64,000 nucleotides of DNA from Bacteroidales bacterium (GCA_017502125.1 JAFVVN010000039.1:11505-75504), one strand, 5' to 3'. Positions 37,529 to 47,460 are shown, counted from the first letter of the stretch. Notes: a model not told the origin generated them from the sequence alone. Numbers and translations: made by a program.

Positions 37529-39034
37529 TTAGATGTCCCTTTTCTGATATAGACTTTTGGTGCTACGCAGTGTCAGGTAGATGGTGCGGGCAAGAAGATG
37601 GGCGAAATAGGCAGCCATCAGGATGTGCATTTCCACCACATTGTGACGATGGGCATATGAAGGATCCATTTCCATCCTGTACCGTAAGGTGGCGAGTTTT
37701 GCATGTTCGGGTGGTGTGTAATTCAGGCAGACCGTTCCTGCCAGCCATACGAGAACAAAGGCCACCACTGCCCAAAGCATGGCATTACGTATTTCCTTCG
37801 AGGCTGTCGCACCTATATATATACCGTCCCAGGTGAAGGCGGCGCAGCCGATCACAGGCATGAGAAGCAGCCAGGGCATGAACTCGCGGGCCTGTTCTAT
37901 AACAGCCGGGTCGGAGGTCATCATCCTCAGCATAGGGACTCCGGCAAACTGGTATATTCCCATGAATATCACCGCTATAGCCATACTCCACACAAAGGTC
38001 CACTTCACGGTCTGATTCAGCATAGGACCATTCTTCGCACCTATATATTTTCCTGTCAAGGCCTCTCCGGCATAAGCAAAGCCATCGGTGAAATATGAGA
38101 ATATCATCAGGAGCTTCATCAGGATCGAGCTCACGGCCAGCAGGAGGTCGCCGTAACGGGCGGATATGGTGGTAAATCCTATATAGATGGCGATGAAACA
38201 TAGGGACCTTACGAAGAGGTCTGTGTTCATCACAAAGAACCGACGGGTCTCGGAGCCGCGGAAAGTCTCCTTCAGGTCTTCAGCGGACAAGCCTGCAAAG
38301 GTGCTGCGTACATACTTGAAAGCCAAGAGGATAAGGGATGTCAGGAGACCGGAATACTGGGCAACTACTGTTCCGGCAGCTATTCCGTAGAAGCCCATCG
38401 GGCGGATCAGCCAGGTCCGGGTTGCCTCGGTGGCCAGCGGATCAGAGACTCCGGGCGAAAGAAGGTCAGCCGAACCGGAGCCCAGAGGGATTCCCAGTGC
38501 CAGGACTATGCTCATAAGCACATTCATTCCGTTCACGACGAAGTCCGTCACCATAGGGCTGACGCTGTCCTGCATGCCTATGAACCAGCCTTTGAAGGCC
38601 ATCAGGCTGAGGGTGGCAGGGGCAGCCCATATCCTTATGTAGAAGTATTGAGAGGCCAGTTCACGCACTTCCGGAGTGCAGTCGACGAACATGAAGGCAG
38701 CCTTCAAGAATATCCATTGTATGGCAATCAGAATCAGAGCACAGGAAAGCGATATGCCGAGTGCACGGGTCAGGATTATTGCACATTCCTTTCGGTCCTC
38801 CTTTCCGAAAGCCTGGGCTGTCAGCCCCCCGGTGCCTACACGCAGGAAACCGAAGTTCCAGTAAAGCAGGTCAAAGAGCATTGTGCCGATGGCTATTCCT
38901 CCTATCATGGTCGCCACAGCCCCGTCCAGATGACCGGCCACAGCTATATCCACCATTCCCACAATAGGGACGGTGATATTGGCCAGAATGCTCGGAACAG
39001 CCAGTTTCAGTATGTCTCTGTTGATTGCCTTCAT
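37529..39034 (-). CDS. MATE efflux transporter (DinF-like)
   Basis: LAVPSILANITVPIVGMVDIAVAGH, GFLRVGTGGLTAQ, IRIWAAPA, DGFAYAGEAL, WDGIYIGAT; ATG 39034 preferred because 39043 lies inside a REP. Confidence 0.92.
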   Translation of the reverse strand: MKAINRDILKLAVPSILANITVPIVGMVDIAVAGHLDGAVATMIGGIAIGTMLFDLLYWNFGFLRVGTGGLTAQAFGKEDRKECAIILTRALGISLSCALILIAIQWIFLKAAFMFVDCTPEVRELASQYFYIRIWAAPATLSLMAFKGWFIGMQDSVSPMVTDFVVNGMNVLMSIVLALGIPLGSGSADLLSPGVSDPLATEATRTWLIRPMGFYGIAAGTVVAQYSGLLTSLILLAFKYVRSTFAGLSAEDLKETFRGSETRRFFVMNTDLFVRSLCFIAIYIGFTTISARYGDLLLAVSSILMKLLMIFSYFTDGFAYAGEALTGKYIGAKNGPMLNQTVKWTFVWSMAIAVIFMGIYQFAGVPMLRMMTSDPAVIEQAREFMPWLLLMPVIGCAAFTWDGIYIGATASKEIRNAMLWAVVAFVLVWLAGTVCLNYTPPEHAKLATLRYRMEMDPSYAHRHNVVEMHILMAAYFAHLLARTIYLTLRSTKSLYQKRDI

Positions 39035-39038
39035 AAAC

Positions 39039-39062
39039 GTCATTGCCGGCCTGGCGGCAATC
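39039..39062. repeat. Degenerate REP unit (family A) filling the rsgA-MATE gap
   Basis: GTCATTGCCGGCCTGGCGGCAATC. Confidence 0.75.
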
Positions 39063-39064
39063 TT

Positions 39065-40171
39065 CTACCTGTATTTGCCTTCTTCTTCCAGCATGCCGAG
39101 GTATGAGGAGTAGCGGTCATATGTGATGTCACCGTTCTCCACAGCCTCCTTGACGGCACAGCCCGGCTCATGGGTGTGGGTGCATGGGGTGAAGCGGCAG
39201 TCCTGTGCGGCCTTGAGCATCTCAGGAAAATACAGGGCGATCTCCTCCTTCTTCAGGTCCACCAGTCCGAAGCCTCTCAGACCTGGGGTGTCCACGATGA
39301 AGCCACCTGTCGCAAGGGAGTACATCTCATAGAATGTGGTGGTGTGCCGGCCCTGTTCATGGGCATCGGAAATCTCGCCCACACGCGGTTCCAGAGCCGG
39401 GTCAAGAGCCTTTATCAGCGACGACTTGCCCACTCCGGATACTCCGGAAAAAAGCGAGACGACCGGTTTCGAGGGGTCATATTCTGCATTAGGGGTCCCG
39501 TCCGGGAGAATCCTTCCGGCCACCATATCCCTGAGCATATCCACACCCTGTCCTGTGTGAGCCGACAGTTCGATGACAGGATATCCGGCCCCCTCATATA
39601 TCTCATGGAAGGCCGCCCTCATGTCCTCATGCTCGGGACCATACAGGTCGCACTTGTTCAGCACTATGACAGGCGGCACATTATACACCTCGCAGGTCAC
39701 CAGCAGCCTGTCCAGAAACGGGAGCTTGACCTGAGGAAAGTCCAGTGTCACGACCAGAAACGCCCTGTCCAGATTGGATGCGATGATATGTGACTGACGG
39801 GAAAGGTTTGTGGATTTGCGGATTATATAATTGGTACGGGGAGTCACTGATGTGATTGCCGCAGGGCTCTCCAGATTCAGATATTCCAGAGGATAGCTTC
39901 TGCCCTCGGCATCCAGCATGATCTGCCCGTCAGGACTGCCGGACCGACCATCGGAACAATCATACGGCTCTTTGCAAATCAGAGCGTCCTCCGGAATGTC
40001 CGCCTCGAAGGTCACCCTGTCGCCGACAGCCACAGGATTGGTCGCAGTGCTTCCCTTCAGACGGATCTTTCCTCTGAGCACTGCCGGGAAAAGATTCCAC
40101 TGAGGCAACTGAGCCAACATATAGTGGCTTCCAGTATGTTTGACTACCGTCGCTTCTCCTTTAATAATCAT
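39065..40171 (-). CDS. rsgA: Ribosome small subunit-dependent GTPase A
   Basis: NPVAVGD OB fold, NKCD, GVSGVGKS, GRHTTT, DTPG, Zn finger CRFTPCTHTHEPGC. Confidence 0.96.
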   Translation of the reverse strand: MIIKGEATVVKHTGSHYMLAQLPQWNLFPAVLRGKIRLKGSTATNPVAVGDRVTFEADIPEDALICKEPYDCSDGRSGSPDGQIMLDAEGRSYPLEYLNLESPAAITSVTPRTNYIIRKSTNLSRQSHIIASNLDRAFLVVTLDFPQVKLPFLDRLLVTCEVYNVPPVIVLNKCDLYGPEHEDMRAAFHEIYEGAGYPVIELSAHTGQGVDMLRDMVAGRILPDGTPNAEYDPSKPVVSLFSGVSGVGKSSLIKALDPALEPRVGEISDAHEQGRHTTTFYEMYSLATGGFIVDTPGLRGFGLVDLKKEEIALYFPEMLKAAQDCRFTPCTHTHEPGCAVKEAVENGDITYDRYSSYLGMLEEEGKYR

Positions 40172-40175
40172 AATG

Positions 40176-40183
40176 CAAAGATA
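40176..40183 (-). promoter_or_regulatory. -7 element of rsgA
   Basis: Perfect TATCTTTG separated from the ATG by only CATT. Confidence 0.65.
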
Positions 40184-40230
40184 AGATAAAAAAACATAAG
40201 ATGAACCGCCAACCCCAACACGTTCTCCCT

Positions 40231-40284
40231 CAGCAACTTACGCCAAATCGCCTGCGTCAAATGCCGCAGGCGATTTTCCATAAG
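40231..40284. repeat. Palindromic repeat family B copy
   Basis: CAGCAACTTACGCC-AAATCGCCTGCG-TCAAATGC-CGCAGGCGATTT. Confidence 0.8.
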
Positions 40285-40367
40285 AGCTTATTGGTCAATA
40301 AATTAAGGATTACGCATGAAATCTATCAGTTATTTTTAATACCTTTGTGAAACATTAGCACATGCAT

Positions 40368-41354
40368 ATGATACAGGAAAACCACATCGAGCAGGCTCTG
40401 AAGGAGATGTTTGCGAATCTTAGGTTCACAGCGGAACCGGCAGGATTGTATGACCCTTTGAGATATATGATGGAGATCGGAGGCAAGAGGATAAGGCCTC
40501 GTCTCTGTCTGACCGCATATTCCCTTTTCAAGGACAGTTTCTCTGAGGAGATCCTCTCCCCTGCCGCAGCACTTGAGGTGTTCCACAGCTTCACCCTCAT
40601 CCATGACGACATCATGGACAAGGCCGACGTACGCAGAGGAGTGCCTACCGTGTACCGCAAATGGGACGAGAACACAGCCATCCTTTCGGGAGACGTGATG
40701 TCCATCGAAAGCTACAAGCTCATTGCCAAGGCTCCGGCAGGCGTGCTGCCCCAGGTGCTGGAGCTGTTCTCAAAGACAGCGGCGGAGGTGTGCGAGGGAC
40801 AGCAGTATGACATGGATTTCGAGAATATGGCACAGGTGCCGATGGCAGACTATATGAAGATGATCGGTCTGAAGACTGCAGTCCTGATAGCATGCGCGGC
40901 AAAGATGGGTGCAGTCATCGGAGGAGCCTCAGCTCTGCAATGCGACCTCCTGTATAAGTTCGGATACGATGTGGGACTGGCCTTCCAGGTGGCTGACGAC
41001 TGGCTTGACACATTCGGAGATCCGGCAGTGTTCGGAAAGGCCATCGGAGGCGATATCCTCAACAACAAGAAGACCTGGCTGATGATCCGCGCCCTGGAGA
41101 AGGCCTCGCAGAAGGAGTATGAGGCCCTGCAGCTGGCTATGGGCCTGCCTGTCGACACTGAGGAGCAGAAGGATGTGAAGATAGCCGCTGTCAAGAGCAT
41201 ATATGACAGTCTCAATGTGGGAGAGGACGCAAAGAAGGAAATTGTGCGTCTGCATGAGCAGGCCATGGGATATGTGGCTGAGCTTGGACTGCCGGCCGAC
41301 TGCACGGCACTGCTGAAGAATTATGCCGCCGCACTGATCGGACGAAAGAAATAG
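40368..41354 (+). CDS. Polyprenyl synthetase (IspA/CrtE-like)
   Basis: GGKRIRP, LIHDDIMD..RRG, EGQQYD, KTA, FQVADDWLD; -7 TACCTTTG at 40340. Confidence 0.93.
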   Translation: MIQENHIEQALKEMFANLRFTAEPAGLYDPLRYMMEIGGKRIRPRLCLTAYSLFKDSFSEEILSPAAALEVFHSFTLIHDDIMDKADVRRGVPTVYRKWDENTAILSGDVMSIESYKLIAKAPAGVLPQVLELFSKTAAEVCEGQQYDMDFENMAQVPMADYMKMIGLKTAVLIACAAKMGAVIGGASALQCDLLYKFGYDVGLAFQVADDWLDTFGDPAVFGKAIGGDILNNKKTWLMIRALEKASQKEYEALQLAMGLPVDTEEQKDVKIAAVKSIYDSLNVGEDAKKEIVRLHEQAMGYVAELGLPADCTALLKNYAAALIGRKK

Positions 41355-41367
41355 AGGAACAACGAAA

Positions 41368-42741
41368 ATGAAACAGAAAGATATTTTGAGCGAAGGGAAG
41401 GATATGGCCAGATCCTTGGAGATAATGGCGCCGGCGGGTAATTTCGAGTGCCTGCATGCTGCGATACAGGGCGGAGCGGATTCCGTATATTTCGGAGTAG
41501 AAAAGCTGAACATGCGCTCGCACTCGGCCAATAATTTCAAGATGACCGACCTCGCTGAGATAGTGCGTATATGCTCGGAGCACGGGGTCAAGACATATCT
41601 CACCCTGAACATCGTGCTGTACGGAAGCGACCTCGAGGACATGAGACGAACCCTTGACGCGGCCAAGGAAGCCGGAATCACGGCGGTCATCGCATCCGAC
41701 ATGGCAGCCATCATATATGCCCGTCAGATAGGCCTGGAGGTGCATATCTCCACACAGCTGAGCATATCCAATGCGGAGTCCCTTCGATTCTACGCCCAGT
41801 TCGCCGACGTTATCGTGCTGGCACGCGAACTGAACCTCGGACAGGTGAAGGAGATCAAGGAAATCATCGACCGCGACCAGATATGCGGACCTTCGGGAAG
41901 GCTGGTCGAGATCGAGATGTTCGCCCATGGAGCACTCTGCATGGCCATTTCAGGGAAGTGCTATCTCAGCCTTCACGAATACGGAGCATCAGCGAACCGC
42001 GGTTCATGCTACCAGATCTGCCGCCGTGCATACGACGTGCGCGACAGGGAGACGGGAGCGGAACTTACAGTGGACAACAAATATATAATGTCGCCTAAGG
42101 ACCTGTGTACCATAGAGTTCATGGACAAGATCATTGACGCAGGTGTGACTGTGTTCAAGATCGAGGGACGCGCCCGCTCTGCTGAATATGTAAAGAGGGT
42201 GGCATCATGCTACCGCCGTGCTGCGGATGCCGTGTGCAACGGGACATATACCGCTGAACTGGGTGCCGGACTGAAGAAGGAACTGGAGGAAGTGTTCAAC
42301 CGAGGCTTCTGGGACGGTTATTATCAGGGAGCACGCCTGGGCGAATGGGCTGATGTCTACGGAAGCTCAGCTACCCGCAAGAAGGCATATTGCGGCAAGG
42401 TGACCAACTGGTTCGGAAAACTTGGAGTTGCAGAGATCCTTGTGGAGTCTTATTCCTTGAAGGTCGGAGACAGGATTCTGATCATAGGCCCGACTTCCGG
42501 CTGTGTGGAATACACTGTCCCTGAGATCCGCGTGGACCTCAAACCGGTGCAGGAAGCATCCAAAGGAGTGTTCTGTTCTATCCCGATCGACTGGTCCAAA
42601 GTGGTTCCGGGTGCACGTGAGGAAGCCCTCGGACTGTGCGGGGACGGCTGCAGCGAAACAGCCTGCAAGGCCATTGAGGAGACCCGCCTGCGTCGCTCGG
42701 ACAAGGTATATATCTGGAGTGAGGAACAGTCAGATATCTAA
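41368..42741 (+). CDS. Peptidase U32 family protein (TrhP/RlhA-like RNA hydroxylation)
   Basis: EIMAPAG, GADSVYFG, HISTQ, LARE, HGALCMAISGKCYLS, NRGSCYQICRR, KIEGR. Confidence 0.92.
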   Translation: MKQKDILSEGKDMARSLEIMAPAGNFECLHAAIQGGADSVYFGVEKLNMRSHSANNFKMTDLAEIVRICSEHGVKTYLTLNIVLYGSDLEDMRRTLDAAKEAGITAVIASDMAAIIYARQIGLEVHISTQLSISNAESLRFYAQFADVIVLARELNLGQVKEIKEIIDRDQICGPSGRLVEIEMFAHGALCMAISGKCYLSLHEYGASANRGSCYQICRRAYDVRDRETGAELTVDNKYIMSPKDLCTIEFMDKIIDAGVTVFKIEGRARSAEYVKRVASCYRRAADAVCNGTYTAELGAGLKKELEEVFNRGFWDGYYQGARLGEWADVYGSSATRKKAYCGKVTNWFGKLGVAEILVESYSLKVGDRILIIGPTSGCVEYTVPEIRVDLKPVQEASKGVFCSIPIDWSKVVPGAREEALGLCGDGCSETACKAIEETRLRRSDKVYIWSEEQSDI

Positions 42742-42828
42742 CCTGGTTCTGACGTGACCCCAAAAAGTCAGACAAAAGACTTTCAGGGTTTTGTTATTAT
42801 CATGAGGTGTTTTTTAAAAAATGTTGTG

Positions 42829-43587
42829 ATGAAAGGGATCGGAATATTTATAGCGGTGCTTTTGACTGCTGTGGCATGCGAGTCAGGACTGTTCGGGGAA
42901 AAGGGCAATGGAATTTCTATGACCAGTGAGATTGAGGTCGGGGGATTCAGCAGGATTGATGTACCTGATTTTGTGGATGTCCGTTACACTCAGACCACGG
43001 ACGGCCAGAGCGTCACCCTGACTTGCGACAGCAATCTGATCGAGCACTTTGCAATCACGGTAAAAAGCGGAACACTCGTGGTGGCGACCAAGCCGTCATT
43101 CTCTCTGATAACCAAGACCGACACATATGTCACAGTCTGCTCCCCGGTCCTCACCGGAGTTGACCTGACAGGTTCGGGAGACCTATATATAAACGGTCCT
43201 TTATCTGCCGAAGGTAATTTCAGCGCAGACCTGTCCGGATCGGGAGACCTGAAGGTTGACGGGCACATCACGGCAGAAAGCATCAGTATTCAGTTGAGCG
43301 GAAGCGGCGATGCATCAGTAGCCGGCATAACCGCGACCGATGCCGAATTCGACACCAGCGGAAGCGGAGACATCAACGCCAGACCCGTGACAGCTGAAAA
43401 GGTATCCGTTTCAAGTTCAGGCAGCGGCGACTGCACCCTCGGTCTGAAGGATTCCGGAAGTCTGGACATCCACTTGTCCGGAAGCGGCGACGTGACTCTC
43501 AGCGGCACGGCCCGCGCCATAATCAGCATATCCCAGACCGGCAGCGGGGACTTTGACATGTGGGGCCTTTCTATTTCCGGAATATAA
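42829..43587 (+). CDS. Head GIN domain (DUF2807) lipoprotein
   Basis: AVAC lipobox after ATG 42829; seven GSGD beta-helix repeats. Confidence 0.85.
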   Translation: MKGIGIFIAVLLTAVACESGLFGEKGNGISMTSEIEVGGFSRIDVPDFVDVRYTQTTDGQSVTLTCDSNLIEHFAITVKSGTLVVATKPSFSLITKTDTYVTVCSPVLTGVDLTGSGDLYINGPLSAEGNFSADLSGSGDLKVDGHITAESISIQLSGSGDASVAGITATDAEFDTSGSGDINARPVTAEKVSVSSSGSGDCTLGLKDSGSLDIHLSGSGDVTLSGTARAIISISQTGSGDFDMWGLSISGI

Positions 43588-43625
43588 GATTCCGCTTCTT
43601 GCTTGCGGATTGCGCGAAACACAGC

Positions 43626-44273
43626 TCATGCGAAGAGGTCGCGGAGGACTTTGAGGGAGTTTACCCTGAGGGAGGACTCGGTGTGGAACTCTATATAGCG
43701 AAGGATCTCCTCGGCTATTTCATTTCTGACGGTTCCGTTAAGGGGGATGAGCATGGACTCGGCAAAGGAAGTCTGCATGAAACGCTCCACCGTGGGATAG
43801 TGATCACCGACAAATGGCTGGAGATCACGGGATTCGGGGCTGAAGCCCAGAGCCACTGTGAGTTCAAGCAGGAAGCGCAGATGGAAATTGCTGAAATCGG
43901 TCTGAACTGCATCCAGAAGGAGGATGCTGCGTTCGCACCACTCGTATAATCCCTGTTCTGAGGTTCCTTCCTTGAGGGCCCGGTAGAGGACTTCGCTCAT
44001 GAACATGGTCATGGAGTTCTTGAAGACATTGCTGCGGATTCCCAGAAGAGGATGTCTGGACGTCAGATTACGAGCAGTGAACAAGGTGGATTTCGTGGAC
44101 TCCTGCACATCAGCTTCCAGAATATTCAAGGGCAGAAAGAGGGACATGAGGCGTTTTCCAGCTCCGCGCACAAGAAAACTCCGCCGCCCATATTCCTTGC
44201 TGAGGGTGTGGACGACAACGGAATTCTCTCCGAACTTCGTCGTATGGAGGACTATCAATTCCGTATTCACCAT
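43626..44273 (-). CDS. recO: DNA repair protein RecO
   Basis: IVLHTTKFGENSVVVHTLSKEYGR, FLPLNIL, NFHLRFL..LGFSP, ends SLKVLRDLF. Confidence 0.88.
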   Translation of the reverse strand: MVNTELIVLHTTKFGENSVVVHTLSKEYGRRSFLVRGAGKRLMSLFLPLNILEADVQESTKSTLFTARNLTSRHPLLGIRSNVFKNSMTMFMSEVLYRALKEGTSEQGLYEWCERSILLLDAVQTDFSNFHLRFLLELTVALGFSPESRDLQPFVGDHYPTVERFMQTSFAESMLIPLNGTVRNEIAEEILRYIEFHTESSLRVNSLKVLRDLFA

Positions 44274-44388
44274 AATCAATATGCACCAATATATACAATA
44301 CCCTATCTCTCAATCACTTACCCTCTTCCAAAAATACTGGCGGAAGTGAAGACGGAGTGACCTGAAGCCAAAGGACTGGAGGGAAGGG

Positions 44389-45018
44389 TCATTTATTGGA
44401 TTTCAGCCATGCGGCCATTGCACGAAGGGCCTTGCCCCTGTGGGATATCTCGTTCTTCTGTTCCTCGGTTATGTCTGCCAGTGTCTGACCGGGATACTCG
44501 TCCGCAATGAAGATGGGGTCATAGCCGAAGCCGCCGTTACCCGACTTCTCCCGTGCGATCACCCCCTCCAGAGTCCCTTCGAACATCTGGATCCTGCCCC
44601 CGATGATAAGTGTCACTACGCTCTTGAAACGCGCACGACGTGATACCGGCTTGGTCTTGAGGCCGAATTCTTCAGCCATATGGGCCGATGTTTCAAGAGA
44701 CTGAAGTTCATACAGGACCTTGTCCATATTCCTGTTGAAGTCCTTGTCATCGCCTGCATACCTTGCAGTGTAGACCCCGGGAGCACCTCCCAAGGCATCC
44801 ACCTCAAGTCCAGTGTCGTCTGCGAAGCAGTCGCATCCGCACTTTTCATATAGATACTGAGCCTTCTGCAATGAATTGGCTCTCAATGTCTTTCCTGTTT
44901 CCGGAATATCTTCTGTGATACCAAAATCTGCGGGGGTAACGAGCTCAAAGCCCTCGCCAAGAATTTCTGATGCTTCACGCAGTTTGCCGCTATTGCCCGT
45001 TGCAAATACAATCTTCAT
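44389..45018 (-). CDS. rdgB: Non-canonical purine NTP pyrophosphatase
   Basis: FATGNSGKLRE, ADDTGL, GAPGVYTARY, GFGYDPIF, KNEISHRGKA. Confidence 0.95.
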   Translation of the reverse strand: MKIVFATGNSGKLREASEILGEGFELVTPADFGITEDIPETGKTLRANSLQKAQYLYEKCGCDCFADDTGLEVDALGGAPGVYTARYAGDDKDFNRNMDKVLYELQSLETSAHMAEEFGLKTKPVSRRARFKSVVTLIIGGRIQMFEGTLEGVIAREKSGNGGFGYDPIFIADEYPGQTLADITEEQKNEISHRGKALRAMAAWLKSNK

Positions 45019-45054
45019 AAATATAAACTGCTTTAATTACTTCTAAAAACGTCG

Positions 45055-45081
45055 CAAAGGTATAAAAATTTCATAACTTTG
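45055..45081. promoter_or_regulatory. Back-to-back -7 elements for rdgB and the S41 gene
   Basis: TACCTTTG minus (45062-45055) and TAACTTTG plus (45074-45081), 11 nt apart. Confidence 0.72.
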
Positions 45082-45147
45082 TAGATTGTTGCCTGAAACA
45101 GATGTTACAAAAATCGGACAACTTACACTTGCTGAACTTGAGTGAAT

Positions 45148-46773
45148 ATGAAAAGAATTATATATATGGTCATGGCTTCGGCCATGTTTTTATTGGCAGG
45201 GTCCACAGCTGGAGCCCAGTCGAAAGGATTCAGGCTTGGACAGTGGTCTGAGATTCAGAATGCCATTGTGATGGAGCTTAACAGGTCATATGTGGACTCG
45301 CTCCCTGTGGACAGAATCATGAGGGCAGGTGTGGATGCAATGCTGGAGGAACTGGACCCGTACACTGTGTATATACCTGAGGAGGAGAATGAAGACCTTC
45401 AGATGATGATATCCAAGACCTACGGAGGTATAGGTGCGATCATCCATAAGAAGAAGGAGGCAAATGTCATCATCAACGAACCATATGCCGGTTCGCCAGC
45501 CCAGAAATACGGTCTGCAGTGCGGCGATGAGATTCTTGCCATAGACGGAGTTCCGACAAAGGGGCTTGAGACCAAGGAGAGCAGCGACCGCATGAAGGGA
45601 AAGCCGGGCACGACTGTCGTGTTTACGGTCAAGAAGGTGCACACCGGTGACACTCTCGACATCCCCATCGTGCGTGAACGCATACATTTCCCGGACATCG
45701 AATATGCCGGCATGCTGAATGACACCACGGGATATATCCTTCAGAGCGGATTCACCGACAATGTGGCAAATGACCTCCGAAGCAGATTCCTCGACCTGAA
45801 GAGACAGGGGATGAAGAAACTGGTGCTTGACCTGCGTGGAAACAGCGGCGGACTCATGAGCGAGGCCATAGGAATCGTGTCGCTCTTCGTGCCGAAGGGC
45901 TCTCTGGTGGTCACATCCAAGGGCAACACAGCTGATTCAGTCCACGAATACCGCACTTCGACAGAACCTGTGGACACCGGGATTCCCATCATCGTGATGA
46001 TAGACTCCGGGTCAGCATCTTCATCGGAAATCGTTTCAGGAGCACTCCAGGACATGGACAGGGCAACAATCATGGGCAAGAGGAGCTACGGAAAGGGACT
46101 CGTGCAGTCCATAAGACCGCTTCCCTACAATGGCCAGATGAAGGTGACCACTTCAAAATACTACACTCCGAGCGGACGCTGCGTCCAGGCTATAGACTAT
46201 GCCCACCGCAATGAAGACGGCAGCGTGGGACATATCCCGGATTCGCTCACAAGCGAGTTCAGGACAGCTTCCGGACGCATAGTGAGGGACGGCGGCGGAA
46301 TCACCCCGGATGTGGACATCGATGTGCCTCAGTACAGCCGGCTGGTCTACTCTCTGGTTCTTGGAGGAGTCCTGGACCAGTATGTGATCGACTATGCTCG
46401 CAGGCATGAAAGCATTCCTGCTGTCGACGACTTCCATTTCTCAGACGAGGACTTCGAGGATTTCATAGCCTTTGCCAAGACCCAGGATTTCGACTACCGC
46501 AGCAGCGCAAGGACATATTTCGACCAGATGAAGAAGGAACTGGAAAAGGACGGACTGGCTGAATCGATGAGCGAGGAACTCAAGGCGCTTGAAAAGGCAC
46601 TGGAGATGGACAAGGAAAGGTTTATAAGACTCAAGAAGGATGAGATAGTTCCGTTCATCGAGGAGGAGATCGCCACACGTTACTGGTTCCAGGAGGCAGG
46701 AGTGAAGGTGAGGCTGCGATATGACGACCAGCTCTGGAAGGCCTTGGAGAAACCGCTTATATCCGTGAAATGA
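45148..46773 (+). CDS. S41 family carboxyl-terminal processing protease
   Basis: LDPYT, PDZ YGGIG, LDLRGNSGG, SASSSEIVSGALQD, SYGKGLVQ, KYYTPSGR, GGITPD. Confidence 0.94.
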   Translation: MKRIIYMVMASAMFLLAGSTAGAQSKGFRLGQWSEIQNAIVMELNRSYVDSLPVDRIMRAGVDAMLEELDPYTVYIPEEENEDLQMMISKTYGGIGAIIHKKKEANVIINEPYAGSPAQKYGLQCGDEILAIDGVPTKGLETKESSDRMKGKPGTTVVFTVKKVHTGDTLDIPIVRERIHFPDIEYAGMLNDTTGYILQSGFTDNVANDLRSRFLDLKRQGMKKLVLDLRGNSGGLMSEAIGIVSLFVPKGSLVVTSKGNTADSVHEYRTSTEPVDTGIPIIVMIDSGSASSSEIVSGALQDMDRATIMGKRSYGKGLVQSIRPLPYNGQMKVTTSKYYTPSGRCVQAIDYAHRNEDGSVGHIPDSLTSEFRTASGRIVRDGGGITPDVDIDVPQYSRLVYSLVLGGVLDQYVIDYARRHESIPAVDDFHFSDEDFEDFIAFAKTQDFDYRSSARTYFDQMKKELEKDGLAESMSEELKALEKALEMDKERFIRLKKDEIVPFIEEEIATRYWFQEAGVKVRLRYDDQLWKALEKPLISVK

Positions 46774-47426
46774 TGGCAGAGAACAGCTATAAGGATATGG
46801 TTGTCCTGTTTGATTTCGACGGGGTCATTGCAGACACAGAACCGCTGTATACAAAGTTCTGGAATGTCGAGGGAATGAAGTATTTCGGGACCGAGAATTT
46901 CGGGATAAAGATCAAGGGACAGACCTTCAAGCATCTGAGCGGATATTTCACCTCGAAGGATGACCTTGAAAAGGCGATGCATGACATCGACGAGTTCGAA
47001 AGGAATATGCCATACGATCTCGTTCCGGGCGTATGGGACTTTCTTGTGGAGCTGAAGGAGGCCGGGATTCCGACCGCGATTGTGACAAGTTCCCATAACA
47101 AGAAGATGGAGAACGCATGGAGAGCGCATCCCGGACTCAAGGAGATGGTGACCGCTGTGCTGACCAGCGAGGATTTCTCAAAGTCGAAGCCGGATCCGGA
47201 GTGTTTCATAAAGGCCATGGAGAGGCTGGGAGGCAGACCGGAACGAACAATAGTCTTCGAGGATTCCCTGCACGGAATCCAGGCCGGAAGGGATTCCGGG
47301 GCATATGTGGTGGGGCTGAGCACCACCTTCCCCGCCGAACAGATCACCCCTTTGTGCGACCATGTGATTCCGGACTTCACAGGATTCACTCTTGATACGC
47401 TGACCAGGATCCCCAGCACACATTGA
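46770..47426 (+). CDS. HAD-superfamily phosphatase (beta-PGM/CbbY-like)
   Basis: FDFDGVIADTE, VTSS, KPDPE, FEDS..GIQAG. Confidence 0.92.
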   Translation: MMAENSYKDMVVLFDFDGVIADTEPLYTKFWNVEGMKYFGTENFGIKIKGQTFKHLSGYFTSKDDLEKAMHDIDEFERNMPYDLVPGVWDFLVELKEAGIPTAIVTSSHNKKMENAWRAHPGLKEMVTAVLTSEDFSKSKPDPECFIKAMERLGGRPERTIVFEDSLHGIQAGRDSGAYVVGLSTTFPAEQITPLCDHVIPDFTGFTLDTLTRIPSTH

Positions 47427-47460
47427 GCCGATTACATCATTGATAGCCAAACGATTATAT

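Noticed and set aside
40368-42741. U32 gene beside a polyprenyl synthetase as an anaerobic ubiquinone (UbiU/V) module
   Set aside because: Single longer U32 with a C-terminal domain as in RNA-hydroxylation members; no ubiT/ubiV; Bacteroidota use menaquinone
42745-42800. LytTR boxes upstream of the GIN-domain gene
   Set aside because: GAC words are present but lack the GACGAA core at a 21-bp period
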